Shown in pieces: positions 47,413 to 60,957 of a stretch of 64,000 nucleotides of DNA; the stretch's first letter is position 1; each line of letters starts with the position of its first letter. Location of the stretch: the NCBI GenBank assembly GCA_036867785.1, contig CP145422.1:248001-312000 (forward strand), written 5' to 3'. Source of the stretch: Plasmodiophora brassicae. Taxonomy: Eukaryota. Under the pieces are notes generated by a model. The model had not been told where the DNA came from, ran no database searches, and saw only the letters and a list, made by a program, of their open reading frames with translations. Both the position numbers and the translations under genes were made by a program.

Positions 47413-50285
47413 GCATGCCTGACTCCACGTGGCCCTGGTCGCTGTCCTACTCTGCGATACTGTACAACATCCACCCGAGATCAGTCCTTCCCGGGCGTCG
47501 CACATCGTTCGAGGCTGCTCGTCGCGCCCTACCTACATCTCGGCCCTTCGTGTCTACGGTTGCGATGCCTATGCCATGCGACCACATCCAGCCACGAAGA
47601 AGCCGAGCAAGTTGGAGCCTCGTCGTGTTCGCGCTGTGTTCATCGGTTTCACGCCCGGCATGAAGGCTTGGCGGTTCTACGACGTGGACCGGGAAGACAC
47701 GTTCGAGAGCACGACTGCCGAGTTCCTGGAGACCTCGTTCACATTCGGCTTTGGAAGATCCAGCCCTGCTAGTTCATCATCAGCGCCGCCGTCCAGTCCC
47801 GAGTCGAGCTCTGCGCCGAACGTTGACACGATCGTCCCGACGCCCGTCTCTTCCGACGCCGTCATGGCACCTCTACCATCGACGTCAGCATCCCCTCTCG
47901 CAGCATCCCCTCCCGAGCCTCCGTCACCTGCCGCTGCGTCATCGCCTTCCGAGGTCGTCCGACCGTCGCGCTCACCGTCTCCTGATGACGTATCCACCGA
48001 CGAAGATGATGATGACGCTGAAGATGATCCCGACTACGAAGGTTCGGCATCCAGCAACGACTCTCCCAACGAAGCTGCCGATCCCGACGTCCACGACAAT
48101 TCCGATGCTGCTGATATCGTCGACCACAATGTCATCGACGTGCCACGCCCTCGCCGATCGAATCGTCGTCGTCAACCGCCTGGTGAATGGTGGAAGGCGC
48201 CGGAGGCGGCCAATCGTTCGTCGACACGGTGGTCCTCGACGGTCGACGCCTGGTTCCAGAATCCGACCCTAACGTCCCCGACACAGCGCCCTCCTCGTGG
48301 CTCCCGCCGACTGATCCGGCATTGGCAGCAGGTTGAGGAGCGCCGTCTGATCTATCAGGCCATCAGGTCCAACCGTCCGACATGTCGCGGCGCCGCTGCC
48401 AAGGCATGTCGAGCCAAGGTATCCGCCCCGATCGACCCAGCCCGTCTACCACGACCCGACCTGTCGAAGCTGAAAGCGACCGACATTCCCGTACCCAACT
48501 CAATGGCCGATGCCCTCTCATCACCTTTCGCTGGCCACTGGTGGGACGCCGCCGTCACCCAGATGGCAACACTGGACGCCAAGAACACGTTCGGCCCGCT
48601 AATCGACCTGCCGAAAAGTAAGATCGCTGTTGGCGCCAAGTGGGTGTTCCGAGTGAAGTCCTCGCTCAGTGGCAACGGTGGCATCCGCAAGTTCACCGCC
48701 CGACTCTGTGCTCAGGGCTTCCGACAACGCCCCGGCATCGACTTCGACGATACGTTCGCGCCGACCGCCCGTGCCACTGCGTTCCTCGTTATCCTAGCAC
48801 TCGCGGCGCAGCACGGCCTGCATCTTCGCCAGGTCGACTGGGTGGCCGCATACTGAACGCCGACATGCTCCATGATGTTTACATTCGTCAGCCGGATGGC
48901 TTCACCGATCATCACGTCCCGTACCGAGTTCGTCAACTGCAAAAGGCCCTTTATGGAACGAAACAAGGCGCCGAACGTTGGTACAAGACGCTTCGGGAGA
49001 TGCTGTTATCACTCGGATTCGAATCGATCATCGCGGACCCCTGCGTCTTCCGGTACGATCGCGATGGAAAGTTCATGATCATGTCGGTGCACACCGACGA
49101 CGGTCTGCTGGCGTACAATGACGTCCCGTTCGCGGAATCCGTTCTCGAGAAGCTCTCCACGATGGCCGAGATCACCGATCAAGGTGAACCGTCGACCCTG
49201 CTTGGCATGCGCATCCGTCGCGAACCTGGCACCGGCGCCATCACCCTTGACCAAGCCGAGTACATCGAGAAGGTGTTGAGCGACTTCAACATGTCGCATT
49301 GTCATCCGGTCGACACGCCGCACCAGCCTGGCGTTCACCTATCAACGACAATGAGTCCACAAAGCGACCTCGACCGCGACGAAATGGCGACCAAGCCGTA
49401 CCTCAAACTTATTGGCTGCCTGACATGGCTCGCCCATCGATGCCGTCCCGACATCGCGTACATAACGAATGTACTGGCCCAATTCTCCTCGAATCCCGGC
49501 ATCCAGCATTGGCGTGCGGGGCAACGCGTTCTTAAGTACCTCGCCGGCACCATGACGCACGGCATCCGATACGAACGCCAGCCCGAAGATCGTCTGATCG
49601 CATACGCCGACGCTGATTGGGCATCCGACCCTGACACGCGACGGTCGCGCTCCGGCCACATCATCCTGCTGGCTGGCGGCCCCGTGCACTGGCAGTCACG
49701 TCGCCAAGACCTAGGCGCAGTCAAAGTTAGCTTATCGTCCACACATGCAGAGATCAAGTCGCTGTGTGCTGTTACCCGCCAGCTGGCCTGGATCCGGTCA
49801 TTCCTGACCGAAATCGGCTTCGCACGCTCCAGTCCGACGATCGTATACGAGGACAATCAAGGCGCGAAGGCCTGGTCTGGCTATCGTCGGATGGATGATC
49901 GCACGAAGGACATCGAGGTGCAGTTTCACTACACCCGGGAGGCCGTCGAGGCCAGTTTGATCGTGGTCCACAAGTGCCCGTCCGCCGAGATGGCTGCAGA
50001 CTACCTCACGAAGCCCGCTCTCAGCACCTCGTATCATGCGAACCTGCTCCTGGCCGGCATCATCGACACAAGTCCCAGGCCGTGTGCTGCTGGAGGGGGC
50101 GTGTCGAACAACGTATCCACTACGACCAGCAGCACATGCCTGCAGCACGTGAACGCCGTCACGCACTCCGCGACTCCGTGCCCGCCGGCGTTGGCAACCG
50201 TTACACCGTCGGCGACTACGTCGCCACTGTAACGTCCGCCGCACACGCCGTACGTAATACATCCACTCCATTATTGTCTTTCTCA
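47413..50285 (+). mobile_element. Element G: 5'-truncated Copia element (IN end, RT, RNaseH, 3' LTR)
   Basis: LRVYGCDAY, KFTARLCAQGFRQRPGIDF, KALYGTKQG, VHTDD, YADADWA, ADYLTK. Frameshift near 48850. PPT GGAGGGGGCG, then LTR 50102 to about 50285. Confidence 0.88.
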
Positions 50286-51443
50286 TCTGCTACAGTAGTA
50301 TTGGATAGTTGTCAACACATTTCTTAAAAGTGGTACAAACCGGCCGCTAAATGTGGTCAAATTGGCATCTATTTATAGTTTACCACTTTTTATGAGGCCT
50401 GTCATATCGTCAATTCCGTTCTCGTTTAGTCCTCTGACGTCGCGCTCCTTTTGCTTGACGTCGTTTCGAGGCAGGCTGGCGATTCCCGTTCGTCGCCACC
50501 GAGTTCAACAGTGTTCGCAACTCCTCCGCCTGAGGGTGGTCATCTCCCAGTCGGTCATACAGATTACGAGCCATCGTCGGCACGTCCTCGATTATGATGT
50601 TCGCCGGTTCCCATGTGGCGTCCGATTCCTCGAATCCTTCCCAGAGCACTTTGATTTCGACTCGCTTCTCGCTCGCATTGTATCGGCAGTCAGCTAGATT
50701 CTGTGAAGATGATAACGAAGTGATTTATTCCACTGACATCGGCGCGAGACGATGGCGACGTAACGCAGTGTAACAGGGCTTGCCAAAGCCGTTACCGGCA
50801 ACGGCGACGGTGGCGGAGCCTCTGTTGTGGACGTGACACAGCCGCGCACAGTCACAGCGTCATCGTGTGCCGGTGGTAGGACATGGTCCTCGACAGATTC
50901 TCCACCAAGAGCTTGTGATTCGAGTGCTGAAGATCCGAGCTGTGAGATCTCCTCGGCCATCCACGCTACGAGGTGAGCGTCCGTCATCTCCTGCTCGTCC
51001 TGGAGTCCCAGCTCGTCCATCGCAATTGCCTGTCGTTCATGAAACTTGGAGCAGTTCCGGATTGAGACTGGGCGGCGTCGTTCTCGCTCCGGCAGGTACG
51101 CCTCCGCCTCCCACGTGATGCGACAGTAGTCCGTGTACTGCTCCTCCAACTTCTTCGGTGAGCTCGGGTCCAGCCCCTCCGCCATTGGCTGCTGCCAGGG
51201 CTTCAATTGTCGCGCCATAGTGCTTTGGATCTCGTCGATCGCACTAAAACCGGTTTTGTAGGATCGTGTATAGAGAACCTCAGCGTCCTCGTTCCCAGAT
51301 CTCCTGATCCTTCTGCCTCCCATGCCGTCCGGCCTTCCCGCATGCCGTACGGACTCTGCCTGGTCTTAGGGCTGCCTGTCCTAGATACTATTCTTGGTAT
51401 CTCTGGCTGCGACAGGGCATGCTGCACTGCTCCACCGTCTACA
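50286..51443 (-). mobile_element. Element H1: deleted Gypsy element (5' LTR, gag start, chromodomain remnant)
   Basis: LTR 51257-51443 homologous to 60958-61141, gag start MARQLKPW, chromodomain WEGFEESDATWEP at 50410-50649. Confidence 0.75.
50702..50895 (-). mobile_element. Solo LTR, family F
   Basis: Reverse complement of the TRIM LTR, TSD GATTC. Confidence 0.9.
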
Positions 51444-52225
51444 AGGTGCTGCTGGACCACCTGCGGGGATTCCCCTCAACGGGACTATCTTGTTCCAGTT
51501 CTACCAATTTCGTTGACTGTACAGATTACAGCCCATAATACCGTCCTTTGGAACGCGCTGTGTTCGCTGAGTCGCGAAAGATATTTGTGAACGGCCATAA
51601 CGTGGCTTGTTATCGATGACGAGCTGATTGCATGACACATTGTTCTTAGGTTAAGTCCTTCCAGCCCCGGAAGACTGGGGGTGCCCGGAAACGATATCTT
51701 TTCGCAAATGCAGAGTATTAAACAATGTCAACGAATGATATATTCATAGTTTTAAAGGTATTGTTGCTACAGCTTTGTAGTGGCTGAGCAAGGGTACTTT
51801 GTAAACAATGAATTTCGCGTTCTCAGCAGGGTGCGGGGTCTCTCCGGTGGTGGTCGGGAACCAAAACGTTTTCAAATCGTTCAAGAACACCATGCCCTCA
51901 GGACAGGGTGCATCGCCTCGAAAGGTACGTAGTCGGGACCCTGAGCCTTGAACAGGTCCATGGCCTCGCTCAAGGTCAGACCGGAGACTGTCCAGAGTTC
52001 CTCGCCGTACCGGTACGGCTTGTAGATCATTCGTGCGCAGCCTTGCTCAATCTCGATGCCTATCGAGTAGCCTGGCAGCATGCGCACGAACTGCACTGCA
52101 TCAGGCATTGTTTTTACTGCAACCGTCTCCAAGTCCACAAGAGTCTGGAAGTTGGCAATCGTCTGCTCGGTGTTGGTATCTTCGGAGACATCGACATCTG
52201 ACGTATCGTTGATCTCCTTCGCCTG

Positions 52226-52600
52226 TGTGACGACAGAGCAAGATGTGTCAACCACACGGATTGACCGACTGAGGTCGGTCCAACGCCGTGGACGTTTATT
52301 GTAGTAGTGCGCTGCGGAGGAGCCCAATTAGATGCCGGATGAGTCGCCAAGACAGCGACTCGACCATGACATAATCGCCCCCCTTTACGGGCGTCGAAGA
52401 CGGGGTCCGGACTTGTCTGGGTACCGAGCGTGGAATACCGGGAGCAGGCGATCGAATCCGCCGGTGCCCTGCAAGTTGGAGGCGGGTTCCCAGGTGCGCT
52501 CGGATGCAGACTAGCCTTCCCAGTCGATATAATACTGCAGCGTACCAGCACGGTATCGAGAGTCCAGGACTTCCTTCACGATGAACAGCGGTTGGTCGTC
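52226..52600 (-). mobile_element. Element A2: 3' end of an A-family element (chromodomain remnant, PPT, LTR)
   Basis: LTR 52226-52371 is a diverged reverse complement of LTR A. Upstream reads VLDSRYRAGTLQYYIDWEG*SASERTWEP. Confidence 0.8.
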
Positions 52601-52601
52601 G

Positions 52602-52675
52602 TGTAGAGCGGGGCTCTATTTATAGCGTCTCGTTCCCTACGGGCAGATTGTCGGTGTCCGTGTCTGTTAGTGACC
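52602..52675 (+). mobile_element. Fragment of a C-related LTR
   Basis: TGTAGAGCGGGGCTCTAT.T.TAGCGTCTCGT matches the start of LTR C. End is uncertain. Confidence 0.6.
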
Positions 52676-55600
52676 ATCAGAGCCCAGTCAGACATAGTCA
52701 GAGACACTGACGCACTTTTTGTTCGCCCACTGCAGGGGACTGACTGGCCTCTAATAGAGGCCCAGTCGCGAGCAGTTGTCCGCTGACTGGGAGCCCGCCA
52801 CGCAAATTTTGTAGTGCGTGAAGTGGATCGCGCTCGCTTTGAAATTTGCAAACCGGCAGGATGACACGGCACCGACAAGAGGGAAATGCTGGAGGTGCCC
52901 GCAAAGGGAGCGGCGCTCCGACCAAGGCAGCTCGTGATGCCAAGGACGCTGCGCAACGGGCTCAACGACTGCAAAGCATGAGATTTTTCCAGCCACAGGA
53001 ATACGAGCGAATTTCCGGGCCCTCTGCGTCTGACCCACAGACTTCTGCTACCACTAGCCCTTTTCGTGCAGATATCAACAACGTGGGTACGGGCTCATTT
53101 GCGCGGCCCATGCAGAGTGCTGTTTCTCCACCTGTAAGCGGCGTAGACTGGCGACGCTGGTGTTTATTCATGTTTACCCAGGGTCACGTACAGAATGCCA
53201 ACGAACAGCTGCGGCAGGCCATCGACGATGCAGTCGATATGACGAATGAGGCCGACTTTTCCGATATCGACACGGATGCTGACTCCGCGTGGGATGATTC
53301 AACAGACGATGAGTCCGACGATGACAACGACTGCGAATTTGATGACAATGATGACGCTGCCGAGATGGGCGGAGAGCGCTTAGATGCCGGTTTTGCACAT
53401 CGCCATCTGTATCGGCTCAAGGAGGACATCAACGTCGGTGCTAGGGCGTATAGCGGTCAAACCGACATTAAAGACTCGCAGGGCAATACAGTTGCGCAAT
53501 CGACAATCGACCGCTGCCGAGAGGAGTACCAGCGCATTCGTGATGGTCATATCAGAAGGTCTCCGCCCGACCCGATTGCCGTGTCTGGCCTCCGTAAAAA
53601 CGGCCTTTTCCCGCCAGATCCATTCTGTAAGGCTGGTGATCAAACGCTCGTACCAGTAAGCTGACTTCATGACCAGATGTTCCGGAAGTAAGATTGTTTC
53701 TTCCGGAAATGCTCCTTCCTGGATTTGTCCCCGAGTGCCCGTTAGGTCATAAGAACGAGGCCGTTAAACTCAATGGGTGGAATTCTAACCCGATCGCAAG
53801 ACGGGTGTATTGCGCGACTGCAGAGAATGGATTCGGTTGGTACCTGCTAATGTACAAGGTATTGGCGAGTACGCTTGTTCGTGCACCACTACTCTAACTG
53901 TGAACGATACAGCGTTACGTTTGTAATGGCTGCCGAAGTCGTCGGGAAGGTATGAAACACGAACTTCTTGCTTGTTATGGCACGGCCGCGACGGGGGTCG
54001 CGCAGCCGCGCAGTTTGAATAAACGTCCACGGCAACCGACGGCTTCGGCAGTCGGTTAATTCCGTGTTGTGGAGACAATAGTCGTCCGTCGTGTCGTCTC
54101 CTGACATCTTAACCGACTTTAACCGTTCGTCACCGTCTGTCGTCGCCTCGTCTGTCGCCGTCTGTCGTCGCATCGTCTCTCGTTCGGCCTGTCCGCCCCA
54201 TTCGTTCTTTGATCGTGTACGTATCGATGACGGTCACGCGCTCCGGTTCGACGAGCTCGACGGCTGACGAAGCCAAGTGCCCAACAACGCCTCCCTCTCC
54301 CATCGACCCAACGACCCTGGCTGATGTGGACGCCGCCGATCGCGCCCTCGCGGGTGCCTTACGGGCCTTCCAGATCCAACAGGATGCGTTCTTCACGGAA
54401 ATGCGGGCTCGCGCTGAGGAGCAGCTGAAGATCTTTACCACCGCGCTCGCCAGTCCACACTCTACGCCGCCTACGCCCATGACCGATCCCTCGGCAACAT
54501 CTGCTGAGCCGTCGTCACATCGCAACGATCCTGTTGTCACGACGACTAAGGTGTCGTTGAGCGAATTTTCCGGCAATTCCGACGACCTGCCGGCGAGCGA
54601 GTGGCTGGCGCTATTCGCTAGCATTGCCCGTGTCGATCTCTCGTCGACCCAGCCACTGTCAGCGGGCGCTCGCGCGCTCCTGGCTAGCTGCCTGAAGGGC
54701 GAAGCGCGTTTCGTTTTTCGTCAACTGGATGCGACCGCCTCCCCAGCAGCGTTCGCCGTGCTGCTCCGGTTTAATTTTCCAGAACCGGACGTCGAGACCC
54801 TAGAATCCCGGTTCGACGCTCTTCGTCAAACGGGACCGTTCGATGCTCATCTGCGTCGGTTAATGTATCTGTACAACGCCGTACAGTCGGCCTCGAAGGG
54901 CGAGTACATTCTCCCGTCAAAGCGCCTGGCGACGAAGTTCCGCAAGTCGCTCGTCCCAGAGCTTTCGACGGAGCTTTTCAAGCTCAATCCGCCGACATTC
55001 GACGCCATGGTCAAAGAGGCAGCGCGCCTGGCCCCCCTCTATGCCCCGGCACACGCGCTCCTCGCTAAGGATGTCTCGCCGGCCAGTCGGACCAAGCTAA
55101 CGCCGGAGGAGCGCGAGCGCTGCAAACGGCAAGGATTGTGCATGTATTGCCGGCAGCCTGGACATATGGTCGAAACATGCCCACATCGTCCGCCGGGAAA
55201 TGGTCAAGGGTGACTGCTCCCGGGTTGGCAGCTCACCCTCTCTCGATACACGAATGTTCTTCGTCCTCGCAACCCGACACTGTCCTCGTCACTGCTCTTT
55301 GTTTCGCAACTGCTCATTCATCTCATCATTTACTCGTTCCGTTCCAATCCACGGGTGATCGCCCGTGGGCGACGACGGCCCTTTTGGACTGAGGAGCGAC
55401 ATCTTCCTTCGTCGACGCCGGTTTCGCCCGCCGCTATGGCCTGCCGCTCCGCTCCAAAGCACAACCGATTCCAGTCAAGGTTGTTGACGGCCGTCACCTG
55501 CCACCGATCACATTGGAGACGTCGCCATTGCCGTGTTCCGTCAACGGGGCCTTCCACGACACAATTGTCCTCAACGTTATTGACGCTCCGAGTCACCGTA

Positions 55601-55739
55601 TCATTCTGGGGCTGCCCTGGCTCGAACAGCACAATCCGGATATCGACTGGCGTCGTCGCACCGTACGCGAACGTCTTACTCGGGGATCACCGCGTTTGTG
55701 GCTCGATGCTCGGGCCGGTGGGAACCCCACCGGCTCTGC

Positions 55740-55915
55740 CGACACGGTTGGCTGCTCTGCTGCCACGGTCGCCCTTTCTGATGACACGGTCGCCTGCTCT
55801 CCTGACACGGTCGCCTGCTCTCCTGACACGGCCGTCTGCTCTCCTGGCACGTCCGTCTGCTCTCCTGACACGGCCGTCTGCTCTCCTGACACGTCCGTCT
55901 GCTCTCCTGACACGG
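55740..55915 (+). repeat. 21-bp in-frame tandem repeat (DTAVCSP-like) in the PR-RT spacer of E
   Basis: About 8 copies of a GACACGGYCGYCTGCTCTCCT-like unit. Confidence 0.85.
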
Positions 55916-58013
55916 CCGCGTTATTATGCAGCGCCGACGGGTTGCCCGTCGAACCCGGACCGCTTCCGAACGCACCGCCTTCGGACATTGATCACTTCCT
56001 CGCCTCGTCGTCTCCCGTTACTGCCCAGCCGTTACCACCGGTGGGTGCTTCTCTGGTCGTCGTCGACGTTCCGGAACTAGTGCAGCCTGCGCCTGCTACT
56101 GACCAGCCATTAGTGCCGGTGGCTGCTTCTCTGGTCGACGGTCCGGAACTAGTGCCGCCTGTGTCTGCCGCTGATCGATCAGTGAATTCCGCCGCACCGC
56201 CTGCGCCGGCGACCGCAGCTACCGCCAATGTTCCGCCACCGCTCCCGCCTCTTTCGTGCTTGGCACCCATATCGGCGGCCCCCTCTTGTTCAGAACCTCC
56301 CTCGGTTTCGCCGGCACGCCGCCGCGCGGGTCGACGCACCTCTTTCGCCTGCTCAGGGCGCAGCATGCCACGCGGGTCACTCGCCTCCCGGCTGTGTGCG
56401 CTCGTTGGGCTGGTCGCCCTCCTGGCATTGATCGCCAACAGCTCCGCCCTGAGACGTGCGCCTTCCATGCTTCCGGATCCCTGCGTCATCGACAACGCCT
56501 TGCTGACTGCCGTGCCGCAGGCCTCCACGTCGTCGCCGGTTGGCACGGATCCGTTGACTACGGAGCCGCCAGGCGAACCTGTGGAGCCGCTCTCCATCGC
56601 GTTTGTTTCCGCCGAACCGTTCTTAGACGACGTGCAAGACGGCGCAGACTGCAATGCCATCCACTACACATGGTCACCGTCCGATTCCGCTGCCCACGCC
56701 GCGGAACTACCGCCGCAATATCAGGAGTTTACTGACGTCTTCGATAAGGCGGACTCAACGACTTTTCCTGATCACCGACCGTTCGACTGTCCGATTGACC
56801 TGAAACCCGGTGGCGACCCGCCGTATTGCCGTCTGTACGGGCTGTCACCCCGGGAACAAGAAGCCTTGAAGGAGTATCTCAAGATCAATCTGGAAGCTAA
56901 TCTCATTCGTCCATCCCGTTCATCGGCGGGCGCCCCAATTCTGTTCGTCAAGAAGAAGGACGGTAGTCTTCGCCTGTGCGTAGACTACCGCGGTCTAAAC
57001 TCTGTTACTCTCAAGAACCGATATCCGGTTCCACTTATCGACCAGCTCTTGATCCAGCTGGGCTCCGGAACAATCTTCACGAAAATCGACCTCCGCAGCG
57101 CCTATAACCAAGTTCGGATCCGAGAAGGCGATGAGTGGAAGACGGCCTTCCGCACGCCGTACGGCTTGTTCGAGTACTTAGTCATGCCGTTTGGCTTAGC
57201 CAACGCGCCGGCCTCCTTCCAGTACTTCATGAACGAGACGTTCAAGGATTTCCTTGATGTATTTGTGGTAATCTACTTGGACGACATCCTGATCTACTCA
57301 TCGACTCCCGAGGACCATGAACGCCATGTCCGTCTCGTCCTAGAGCGACTCCGCACTGCTCAACTCCACGCTAAACTGGAGAAGTGCGTCTTCAATACGG
57401 TCGAAGTGGAATTCTTAGGTTTCTTGGTGTCCTCCTCCGGGATACGGGTTGACCCCTCCAGGATCGATTGCATTCTCTCGTGGCAACAGCCGACCGGCGT
57501 CCACGGGGTGCAGGTATTTCTCGGGTTCGCTAACTTCTATCGCAAGTTCGTTCCCCACTTCGCAGAACTGGCCTTACCGCTGACAAAACTCACGCGTGAT
57601 AACGTGCCGTTTCGTTGGGACCAATCGGCAGAAGCCGCATTCACGGCGCTCAAGGTTGCTTTCACGTCAGCCCCTGTCCTTGCTCATTTCGACCCAGATC
57701 GCCCGTGCGAAGTGGAAACGTATGCTTCCGATTTCGCGGTGGCAATGGTATTGTCGCAGCGGGGGCCCGATGATGAACTTCACCCGTTGGCATTCTTCTC
57801 GCGCAAGCTCGCGCCTGCTGAGATCAATTTTCCTATCTACGACAAGGAACTTCTCGCGGTCGTCCAGACCTTCGAGAAGTGGCGTCAGTTCCTGGACTCA
57901 TCGCGGCATCAGACCGTCATCCACAGCGATCATCGGAATCTGGAGTACTTCACCAGGACTCACAAACTGAATCGTCGTCAAGTCCGATGGTCCCAACTGC
58001 TTAACGAATTTGA

Positions 58014-58209
58014 TGTCAAGGACCATGTCGTATCACCGGCACACGGTGACGCCGTGACTGTGCGCGACTGCGTAACGTCCACGGCAGAGGCTCCGCCACT
58101 GACGCCGTTGTCGGTAACGGCTTGTCAAGCCCCTGTTACACAGCGTTACGTCGCCGCCGTCTCGCGCCGATGTCGGTCGGAATAAATCACTTCGTTATTG
58201 TCTTCCTCA
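58014..58209 (+). mobile_element. Solo LTR, family F, at the RNaseH end of E
   Basis: Homologous to 39232-39427. Interrupts NEFD/FVI. No clean 5-bp TSD. Confidence 0.85.
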
Positions 58210-60957
58210 ATTTCGTTATCCAACACCGACCAGGCCGTCTTCATGGCAAGGCGGACGCCCTGACTCGTCGCCCCGAATACGCGCCTTCTGATCAGGATGA
58301 GGTTGTGCTCCAGCAGTCACTCCTGCTCCTTCCACCGTCGCGGCTCGGGCCAGGACCTCTACAGGAGGTCCAGATCCACGTGACCGATACTCCAACCGAC
58401 GCACTCCTCGATCGTATCCGCCGCAACCAAGCTTCCGACCCGTGTGTGTGGCGTACCCGTCAGCGACTTCATCGTCCGAGCGGCCGCCACTTTAGCGTCC
58501 GAGACGACGTTCTATACCGTGGACATTCTGTGGTTGTCTCTGGCGGTGACTGCAAACTGGACATTCTTCGCTATTTCCACGATAATGTCACGGCGGGCCA
58601 CCTCGGTATTCGAAAAACTGTGCAGTTAATTCGCCGCGAATTTTGGTGGCCGGGCTTAACCCCTTTCGTAACCCGTTACGTGCTCTCCTGCGATACGTGT
58701 CGTCGGACTAAGACGGCTCGGCACAAGCCCTTCGGATTACTCATGCCACTCCCTCTGCCGACGACTCTTTGGCGGTCCATTTCCATGGACTTCGTGGTTA
58801 AGCTTCCCTGCTCGAACGGGTATGACTCCATCCTCGTCGTCGTTGACCGCCTCTCCAAGATGGCGCATTTTATTCCTTACAACGAAACAATATCATCTGT
58901 CGACCTTGCCGCCTTGTTTCTAGCAAATGTCTTCCGCTTACAAGGCCTCCCTGACGATATCGTGTCGGACCGAGGGCCTCAGTTCATCGCTAAGTTCTGG
59001 AAGCAACTTCTCATACGTCTCGGCGTGCAACGCAACCTGTCTTCTTCGCGGCACCCAGAATCCGATGGCCAAACCGAGCGGGTGAACCAAGTCATGGAAC
59101 AGTATCTCCGTGCGTACGTCAACTACTTACAAGACGACTGGCAGCCGCTCCTTGCCGTAGCTGAATTTTCGTACAACAATGCAGACCATACCGCGACAGG
59201 TATGTCACCGTTTTTCGCAAATTATGGCTACCATCCACGTGTGATGGACGTGCAACATCGACCGTCTACCAGCGCCAATCCGACTGCCGACGAGCGAGCT
59301 GAGTCCTTGCAGAGGATTCGCAACTTCTTGACCCGCCCAATTGACTCGAGCTTCTGCCGATTCCAAACGATTCGCCGACGCGAAGCGGCAAACGTCTCCG
59401 AAGTTTCAGGTGGGCGACTTAGTGATGTTACGTCGCGGCTCCCTGAAAACTCTGCGACCCTGCGCGAAGCTCGACAACCAATTTTTAGGGCCATTCCCTA
59501 TCAGCCAACTCGTCAATCCGGTTGCCTTTCATGTATCTCAACTCGAGCCTTACGTCGCCAACCTTATCCCTGGTCGCACACAACCTCCTCCTCCACCGAT
59601 TCTTCTCGCGGATGACGATGCTCCCCTCTTCATCGTTCACGATGTTCTCGATTCTCGATATCGCCGTTCCCGATTGGAATATTTGATCGACTGGGAGGGG
59701 TACCCGCCTTCCGAACGCACGTGGGAACCCGCAGGAGAACTACACGGTACAGGTGGGCTCAACGAATTGTTGGCTAACTTCCACGCTCGGTACCCAACCA
59801 AGCCGTGGCTGAAGTGGCGAAAGCCACCCCGCAGGCCGGCCCGATGACAAGGGACTATACTGTTATGGCACGGCCGCGACGGGGGTCGCGCAGCCGCGCA
59901 GTTTGAATAAACGTCCACGGCAACCGACGGCTTCGGCAGTCGGTTAATTCCGTGTTGTGGAGACAATAGTCGTCCGTCGTGTCGTCTCCTGACATTGCTC
60001 AAGGACGTAATTTGGATGACACAACCGTGAGGAAGAAGCTCCCGAAATACTCCTTCACTGCTGTCCGCAATGACGTTCGGATAACGCTGCCGATGCAGAT
60101 TCAGCTAATGTTGCCCCTGTTCACACACAGGGGATGTCTTGGCCGTTCGCTTGTCCGCTGGCTTCGAACCGAAAGGGCATCCGGAATGAGTATGTCTTCG
60201 TGTTATGAATCTGTCAAGGAACAGCTTATGTCGGCGTACGAGGAGAAGCATTACGCCTTCTTATGCATGAACGTTGGCCGATTGCGTCAGCTTGAAACCT
60301 TGGGGATACCACCTCCTGCAATGCCACGGCCGCAGTTCAGCGATTTCGATGATCCAGAGGGGTATGGCGGTGCTTACCCTGGCAGGCGTCTTCTGGCCAC
60401 AGCTCTGAAACTGGAGATGAGGCGTATTGCTCCAGCAATGGAGCGGGAGATGCAGGCCATTCCTGTCAGGTAGGTGTGCGGATGGATAGCTATCGCGTTA
60501 CAATTCAGAGACTGAATGTGGGGATCCTTGTAGCAAACTATCGCTTGATCACTCCCATAAGATTGCCCATCGCCAACAATACTCTGAAGGCGAGCAGGTC
60601 AATGGAGGACACTTTACTGGGATGAACGAGGTCGGTTTGATTCGTCTCTTCAGTTTAGTTCACAGCACCTCCCATTCCGAGATGGAACGGCCGCTTCGCA
60701 TGATGAAAGAAACGTTAGACGCGAATGGGTACCCCGGGCTTACTCAAGTCTGTGTCGACAACTGCTGCCATTTACGGGCGTACCTTGAGACTTTATTTCC
60801 TTCCTTGAAGAATGATGTTCAGCCAGTCGAGTGCAGATCTCGTTATTCACATCTTACGAACTTCTCCATCCCTGCGGATGTTAATATTCTATACGCTGAC
60901 AACATGGCCCGTGCCGAATCCATCTGCCACGGTCTCGTTCTTGACCTGAACAGCAAG

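Larger units (their letters stand above)
53973..59994 (+). mobile_element. Element E: full-length Gypsy chromovirus (Tf1/sushi-like), inactivated
   Basis: Identical 134-bp LTRs at 53973-54106 and 59861-59994, TSD TTGCT. gag to 55213, G GGA AAT at 55195, PR (LLD*GAT, stop at 55390), RT YLDD, RH, IN and chromodomain to 59847. Confidence 0.93.
52861..60957 (+). pseudogene. Intron-containing putative DNA transposase (DUF6729-like), split by element E and cut by H2
   Basis: Exons at about 52861-53655, 53694-53857, 53912-53972, 60000-60469 and 60533-60957. Motifs PECP, GWNSNPIARRV, FSDFDDPEGYGG, LSLDHSHK, MNEVGLIR, VDNCC. Family assigned from memory. Confidence 0.6.

Noticed and set aside
51444-52225. 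Possible gene or transposase fragment (ORF 51881-52327 minus; LVIDDELI-like motif near 51600)
   Set aside because: The ORF start lies inside LTR A2 and no family could be recognised with confidence.
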